From Octopus sinensis (Eukaryota), in assembly GCF_006345805.1 (NCBI RefSeq), contig NW_021836236.1, positions 1 through 25,342 on the forward strand: DNA of 25,342 bases, read 5' to 3'. The notes under the pieces are model-generated. The model did not search any database, had not been told where the DNA came from, and was given only the letters and a program-made list of their open reading frames with translations. Every line of letters starts with the position of its first letter. Position 1 is the first letter of the stretch. Positions 20,312 to 25,342 of this stretch are shown in pieces. A program made the translations under genes and the position numbers.

Positions 20312-21850
20312 GTAATAATAATGAAATTATTGTATACAGTGCTCAGGTGCACCACAACTTGTCAGAAAGTGCATATAAAGTACATGCAGTAATGTAGAAA
20401 TGTCTGGAAAGCGAACAATGTATGAGTCAGATACATGCTTGTGTGTGTATGGAGGGGAGAAAATCAAGTGTAGTGTTGGCGAATCTCAGGAAGCATGGAA
20501 GTTTTGAAGGATGCAGTGCTCCCACAACTAACAACCGATGCCGGCAGTTTGTTCCATGCTTCAGCGTGTGTATGGAGGGGAGAAGATCAGGTGTAGTGTT
20601 GGCGAATCTCAGGAAGCATGGAAGTTTTCAAGGATGCAGTGCTCCGACAACTAACAACCGATGCCGGCAGTTTGTTCCATGCTTCAGCGTGTGTATGGAG
20701 GGGAGAAGATCAGGTGTAGTGTTGGCGAATCTCAGGAAGCATGGAAGTTTTGAAGGATGCAGTGCTCCGACAACTAACAACCGATGCCGCAGTTTTGTTC
20801 CATGCTTCAGCGCGTGTGTATGGAGGGGAGAAGATCAGGTGTAGTGTTGGCGAATCTCAGGAAGCATGGAAGTTTTCAAGGATGCAGTGCTCCGACAACT
20901 AACAACCGATGCCGGCAGTTTGTTCCATGCTTCAGCGTGTGTATGGAGGGAGAAGATCAGGTGTAGTGTGGCGAATCTCAGGAAGCATGGAAGTTTTCAG
21001 GATGCAGTGCTCCACACTAACAACGATGCCGGCAGTTTGTTCCATGCTTCAGCGTGTGTATGGAGGGAGAAGATCAGGTGTAGGTGTTGTTGGCGAATCT
21101 CAGAAAGCATGGAGTTTTGAAGGATGCAGTGCTCCACAACTAACAACTGATGCCGGCAGTTTGTTCCATGCTTCAGCGTGTGTATGGAGGGGAGAAGATC
21201 AGGTGTAGTGTTGGCGAATCTCAGGAAGCATGGAAGTTTTCAAGGATGCAGTGCTCCGACAACTAACAACCGATGCCGGCAGTTTGTTCCATGCTTCAGC
21301 GTGTGTATGGAGGGGAGAAGATCAGGTGTAGTGTTGGCGAATCTCAGAAAGCATGGAAGTTTTGAAGGATGCAGTGCTCCCACAACTAACAACTGATGCC
21401 GGCAGTTTGTTCCATGCTTCAGCGTGTGTATGGAGGGGAGAAGATCAGGTGTAGTGTTGGCGAATCTCAGGAAGCATGGAAGTTTTCAAGGATGCAGTGC
21501 TCCGACAACTAACAACCGATGCCGGCAGTTTGTTCCATGCTTCAGCGTGTGTATGGAGGGGAGAAGATCAGGTGTAGTGTTGGCGAATCTCAGAAAGCAT
21601 GGAAGTTTTGAAGGATGCAGTGCTCCCACAACTAACAACTGATGCCGGCAGTTTGTTCCATGCTTCAGCGTGTGTATGGAGGGGAGAAGATCAGGTGTAG
21701 TGTTGGCAAATCTCAGGAAGCATGGAAGTCTTGAAGGATGCAGTGCTCCGACAACTAACAACCGATGCCGGCAGTTTGTTCCACGCTTCAGCAACTCTCA
21801 GCGTGAAAAAATGTTTCCTGAAGTCATGGGAGCTGTGCTGTTTTCTTACT
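20312..21850 (-). mobile_element. 5'-truncated CR1/L2-type LINE: ORF2 C-terminus, 3'UTR and (ATT)n tail
   Basis: Minus strand encodes RKQHSSHDFRKHFFTLRVAEAWNKLPASVV..EICQHYT*, carrying the RKxFFxxRVxxxWNxLP C-terminal motif of CR1-group ORF2; tail at 20312-20330. Confidence 0.85.
20445..21793. repeat. 11 x 123-bp tandem array derived from the LINE stop-codon region
   Basis: tatggaggg anchors at 20448, 20571, 20694, 20819, 20942, 21059, 21183, 21306, 21429, 21552 and 21675. Confidence 0.95.
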
Positions 21851-21915
21851 TTGAGAGTCTGACACGGTATTGGCTGTGTGAAGGTTGTGAAAAAATTCAC
21901 TGCAGAGGGACTTTA

Positions 21916-22110
21916 TACAGGGTGTTCAAAAAGTCTCTCCGCAGTGAATCTTTTTCACAGACTTCACACAGTCCATACCACGTCAGACTCAAGATGTATT
22001 TCAAAACATTTGTAGAAGAGTCAACTTATGTATTGAAAATTAAGATAGACACTTTCAGCACCTCTTATAAAGTTTTTCAAAGTCTTGTAAAGTCTAATAA
22101 ATTCTTATAA
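21916..22110 (-). mobile_element. Second, inverted copy of the Tc1/mariner-type MITE
   Basis: TA-CAGGGTGTTCAAAAAGTCTCTCCGCAG terminus; body is the reverse complement of 20180-20310 and 21850-21912. Confidence 0.65.
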
Positions 22111-22151
22111 CAAAGGGTATAGACATGTGAATGCATGTGTGGATATATATA

Positions 22152-22563
22152 CTCTTTTACTCTTTACTCTTTTACTTGTTTCAGTCAGTTGACTGCGGCC
22201 ATGCTGGAGCACCGTCTTTAGTCGAGCAAATCGGCCCTGGGACTTATTCTTTGTAAGCCCAGTACTTATTCTATCGGTCTCTTTTGCCGAACCGCTAAGT
22301 GACGGGGACGTAAACACACCAGCATCAGTTGTCAAGCAATGCTAGGGGGACAAACACAGACATACACACACACACACACATATATATATATACATATATA
22401 TGACGGGCTTCTTTCAGTTTCCGTCTACCAATTCCACTCACAAGGCTTTGGTCGGCCCGGGGCTATAGCAGAAGACACTTGCCCTAGATGCCACGCAGTG
22501 GGACTGAACCCGGAACCATGTGGTTGGTTAGCAAGCTACTTACCACACAGCCACTCCGGCGCC
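22152..22563 (-). mobile_element. SINE family A, full-length copy
   Basis: Reverse complement of the family sequence. Confidence 0.92.
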
Positions 22564-22991
22564 TTATATATATGTATATAAATTACAAAATGTGACAAGA
22601 TTCTATAAAGTTCCAAGTTAAACGAAGCAAAACTGCTTACTGAAACTTATGAAAAGCTACAGACTGGTCATGGATTAACTTTTTCTTTCACAGAAGGGAT
22701 TCAAGGGAGGCAGAGAGGAGGCGAGAGACGATGAGCAGTGAGGGAGGGAGAAGAACTGACGGAGCACGTCTGAGAAAATTCACAGTTTCTTATATGAAGG
22801 TGTCTATAAAAACAATAAGCACATGGTTTGGCGTTGTCGTGGTAACTGTATGCAGAATTATTTATGAAGATCTGAATGTGCACAGAATCTGTGCAAAGTT
22901 TGTTGCCAGGGTACTCGGTGAATCCTGGTAACTAACTGCTTGACAGAGACGGGCATTAAAAGTTTCCCCTCAGCCTCCCTACAATCTAGAC

Positions 22992-24036
22992 CAGGGGTGG
23001 GCGAACTTTTTTGATTGCGGGCCGCACAGTGCGTCTTTGGAACCTTGGCGGGCCTCATTTATAAAAATCGAGTGAAAATATTTTTAAAGGCGGTTATCTC
23101 TCTCTATATAAACGGCAGTTTGTCTGTCTGTGTGTCTGTCAGGTTGTACCCTCACCCTGACCATGGCTTTCAACCGATTCTGATGAAACTTGACACACAC
23201 GTAGCCCAATGTCATAATTCAAAACTAACGCAGCGAAAATTTTGAAAAGTTCCCCCAGTTCTGAAAAAAATCGATAAATTCGACATGGGGTCGAGAATCT
23301 AAGCTTTTTATATGCAACACATTTTCTGTCTAGGGGACACAACTCGACCTTTTTATCGCCCAAAGGGACAGCTAGGAACATCGTATATACAGAAGTATTC
23401 GAGTGAAGAGAAGACATTGCAACCTACACATGCGCCTTCGTTCCCTAGAGGGAAAGGACTAGATTGGGATTAGTCGTTGCCTACTAGGGGCTCTTACATA
23501 CCCGGGCAACGCCGGGCTATGCTGCTAGTAGACCTATAAACACACAATTGATTGAAAGGAAATTTTGTGAAATATTCCTGGTTTAAGTGATGTAATTTAT
23601 TTTTTAGAGTATCTGGTTCATGTTTTTCGGTTATTTGCTCCGATAGTTGAAATTATTAAGGAAACCTCGGTATTTTGGACAGCATGTTATTGCTACAAAT
23701 TGCCAGGAACGGAATTTTCCTAGTAAAATCTGCACTAATTGTGGACAACCACCTCTTAATATTATGGACAACCATATCTTCACCCGGAAATGTGTTTTAT
23801 TATGATGTCATGGGAATATTTCTCGAAATTTTTCATCGCTTCACAGTAGCTGAAACAAACAAGCAGCGGACACTTTTGTGAAGGCGCAAAACAGTGAACT
23901 GAAATAAAATGCAAACTATTGTTAATTACCATACAACTGAAACAGTTACGAAGTATCTGCATAGAAGTTGGGATTCATAAAAGCTCTCGGCGGGCCACAT
24001 GAAAACCTATGGTGGGCCGCATGCAGCCCACCCCTG
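22992..24036. mobile_element. hAT (Charlie/Buster-type) non-autonomous element with perfect 8-bp TSD
   Basis: 11-bp TIRs CAGGGGTGGGC/GCCCACCCCTG; TSD ATCTAGAC at 22984-22991 and 24037-24044; subterminal GGGCCGC motifs. Confidence 0.93.
23097..23528 (+). mobile_element. Non-autonomous Helitron nested in the hAT element
   Basis: Starts with TC after an A (23096), ends with CTAG before a T (23529); subterminal hairpin cccgggcaacgccggg (23501-23516); no TSD. Confidence 0.88.
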
Positions 24037-24256
24037 ATCTAGACCCTTGCTCCCTGAGACTTAGGACTTTCGGTTGTTCCCCAAGCTGAAGGAGAACCTT
24101 GGGGCAATAGTTCTCGAGATGAAGGATGCGGCTGTGATGAGGGTCCGGGATACCTTTCCTTTGAAGGACCTCCGGGGGGGGGGGCCTTCATGAAGTAGCT
24201 ACTTACATAGAAGAGAGAGAGAGAGAGAGAGAGAATGAATTAGAGTCATCTCTGAG

Positions 24257-24440
24257 GAGATGGACAGAGGTGGGGAGATGGACAGAAGTGGGGAGATGGA
24301 CAGTGGTGAGGGGGTGGACAGAGGTGAGGGGGTGGACAGAGGTGGGGAGATGGACAGAGGTGGGGAGATGGACAGAGGTGGCGAGATGGACAGAGGTGGG
24401 GAGATGGACAGAGGTGAGGGGGTGGACAGTGGTGGGGAGC
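24257..24440. repeat. G-rich 18-bp minisatellite (~10 units)
   Basis: Units ggacagaggtggggagat and ggacagaggtgagggggt. Confidence 0.92.
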
Positions 24441-24729
24441 TGTCCAGATGGCAACTCAGTTAGCAGGGGTAGTAGTGGGTGGGAGGGGGAGGGTGTGGAA
24501 GAGTAGGGGGAAGAGAGAGGGAAAATGAGAGAGGGAGGTAGGTAATATCTGTAAAGAAAAGGTGGGGTGGGGGTACAAGAGTTGAGGCTACAGAGAGGCA
24601 AGCATATATGAGAGAGAGAGAGTTCCGGTTGCTAGGAATGTGTTTTAACATGTAAACAGGTATTTCCAATAATGTTACACCTCTAAACTAAGTGGCTATT
24701 TAAGCAGTGAGTTTGAGGATGGTTAATGG

Positions 24730-24789
24730 GTTGGATGGGTACTGATGAAAGTGCAATAACACTCGAAATATGTATACACACCCATCAAC
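24730..24789 (+). ncRNA. Type I hammerhead ribozyme with two apparent point mutations
   Basis: GTT-G-GATGGGTA-CTGATGA-A-AGTG-CAATAA-CACT-C-GAAA-TAT-GTA^TA-CACA-CCCATC-AAC. Stem I has a 4-nt bulge; stem II is AGTG/CACT with an A.C mismatch at 10.1/11.1; stem III ATATGT is one change from the palindrome ACATGT. Confidence 0.75.
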
Positions 24790-25014
24790 TATTTTGCTAT
24801 CTTCAATCACACTGTTTACATAGATGGATTCACATGCAAATCACAGCTTTCAATGGTGGCTCTGAATTCTATAGAAAACTGGCAGAGATGAACTTGAAAA
24901 TGAAAACACTGCTTTGCTAGCACTAAAGTGAGGCACAGATTGATTTGTAAACCTTTAATGTACTTCATACTAAATTATGGTTGCAAAGCAAAATACTGTA
25001 TCCTTGCTCACAAT

Positions 25015-25181
25015 TGGAGTGGCTGTGTGGTAAGTAGATTGCTTACGAACCACATGGTTCCGGGTTCAGTCCCACTGCATGCACTTTGGGTAAGTGTCTT
25101 CTACTATAGCCTCGGCCGACCAAAGCCTTGTAATTGGATTTGGTAGACGGAAACTGAAAGAAGCCCCTCATATATATATAT

Positions 25182-25232
<51 letters not shown>

Positions 25233-25342
25233 ATATGTATGTGTGTGTATGTGTTTGTGTGTGCTGTGTTTGTATCCCCAACATTGCTTGACAGCCGATG
25301 CTGGTGTATTTACATCCCTGTAACTTAGCGGATCAGAAAAAG
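25015..25342 (+). mobile_element. SINE family A copy running off the window end
   Basis: ggagtggctgtgtggtaagtag head, central TA/TG repeat, start of the 3' half. Confidence 0.9.

Larger units (their letters stand above)
20119..21912 (+). mobile_element. Tc1/mariner-type MITE split by the LINE insertion (left part 20119-20310, right part ~21850-21912)
   Basis: Left end aggcgttcagaaagtctctccgc resembles cagggtgttcaaaaagtctctccgc at 21918; both parts match the reverse complement of 21935-22110. Confidence 0.6.
22590..24205 (+). pseudogene. Mariner transposase relic interrupted by a hAT MITE
   Basis: Broken frames give IKF..K.A.ETYEKLQ, FKGGREEARDDE, TVCRIIYEDLNVHRICAKFVARVL (WVP-like), PQPPYNLD|LAP*, DFRLFPKLKENL (YSPDLAP motif) and EMKDAVMRVRDTF. 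Confidence 0.85.

Noticed and set aside
20445-21793. Regularly spaced repeats resembling a CRISPR array (also 8020-8890, 13835-14360, 16486-16590)
   Set aside because: Whole units repeat with no unique spacers, there are no cas genes, and the context is eukaryotic.
23180-23186. CTGATGA inside the Helitron
   Set aside because: No pairable stem II, GAAA-NUH geometry or stem I; it is part of the ccgattctgatgaaact motif typical of Helitron-like elements.
24260-24506. ORFs encoding (EMDRGG)n or (RWTEVG)n repeats
   Set aside because: Product of an 18-bp minisatellite open in several frames; no splice or homology support.

Overview
Repeat-dense animal genomic DNA with no bacterial features. The SINE, MITE and (CA/TA/GATA/ATT)n content looks like an octopod cephalopod (Octopus-type) intron or intergenic region; this assignment is from pattern recognition, not a search. 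No intact protein-coding gene is supported, and nearly all listed ORFs are microsatellite or SINE artefacts. The window holds about 16 copies or fragments of one tRNA-derived SINE, other SINE families, two mariner transposase relics, and an intact hAT MITE with an 8-bp TSD that carries a nested non-autonomous Helitron. It also has TTAA (piggyBac-type) MITEs, a CR1/L2-type LINE 3' end expanded into an 11 x 123-bp array, and several other TE-derived tandem arrays. The main hidden signal is a set of type I hammerhead ribozyme motifs: CUGAUGA core, GAAA, NUH cleavage site and a very short self-complementary stem III. They occur in four unrelated small elements (5.1/5.9 kb tandem pair, 9.2 kb, 10.5 kb, 24.75 kb), plus weaker relics. 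This fits Penelope-like or retrozyme-type elements. The 5.1/5.9 kb pair could excise a ~749-nt circularisable RNA carrying a long (TATC)n tract.
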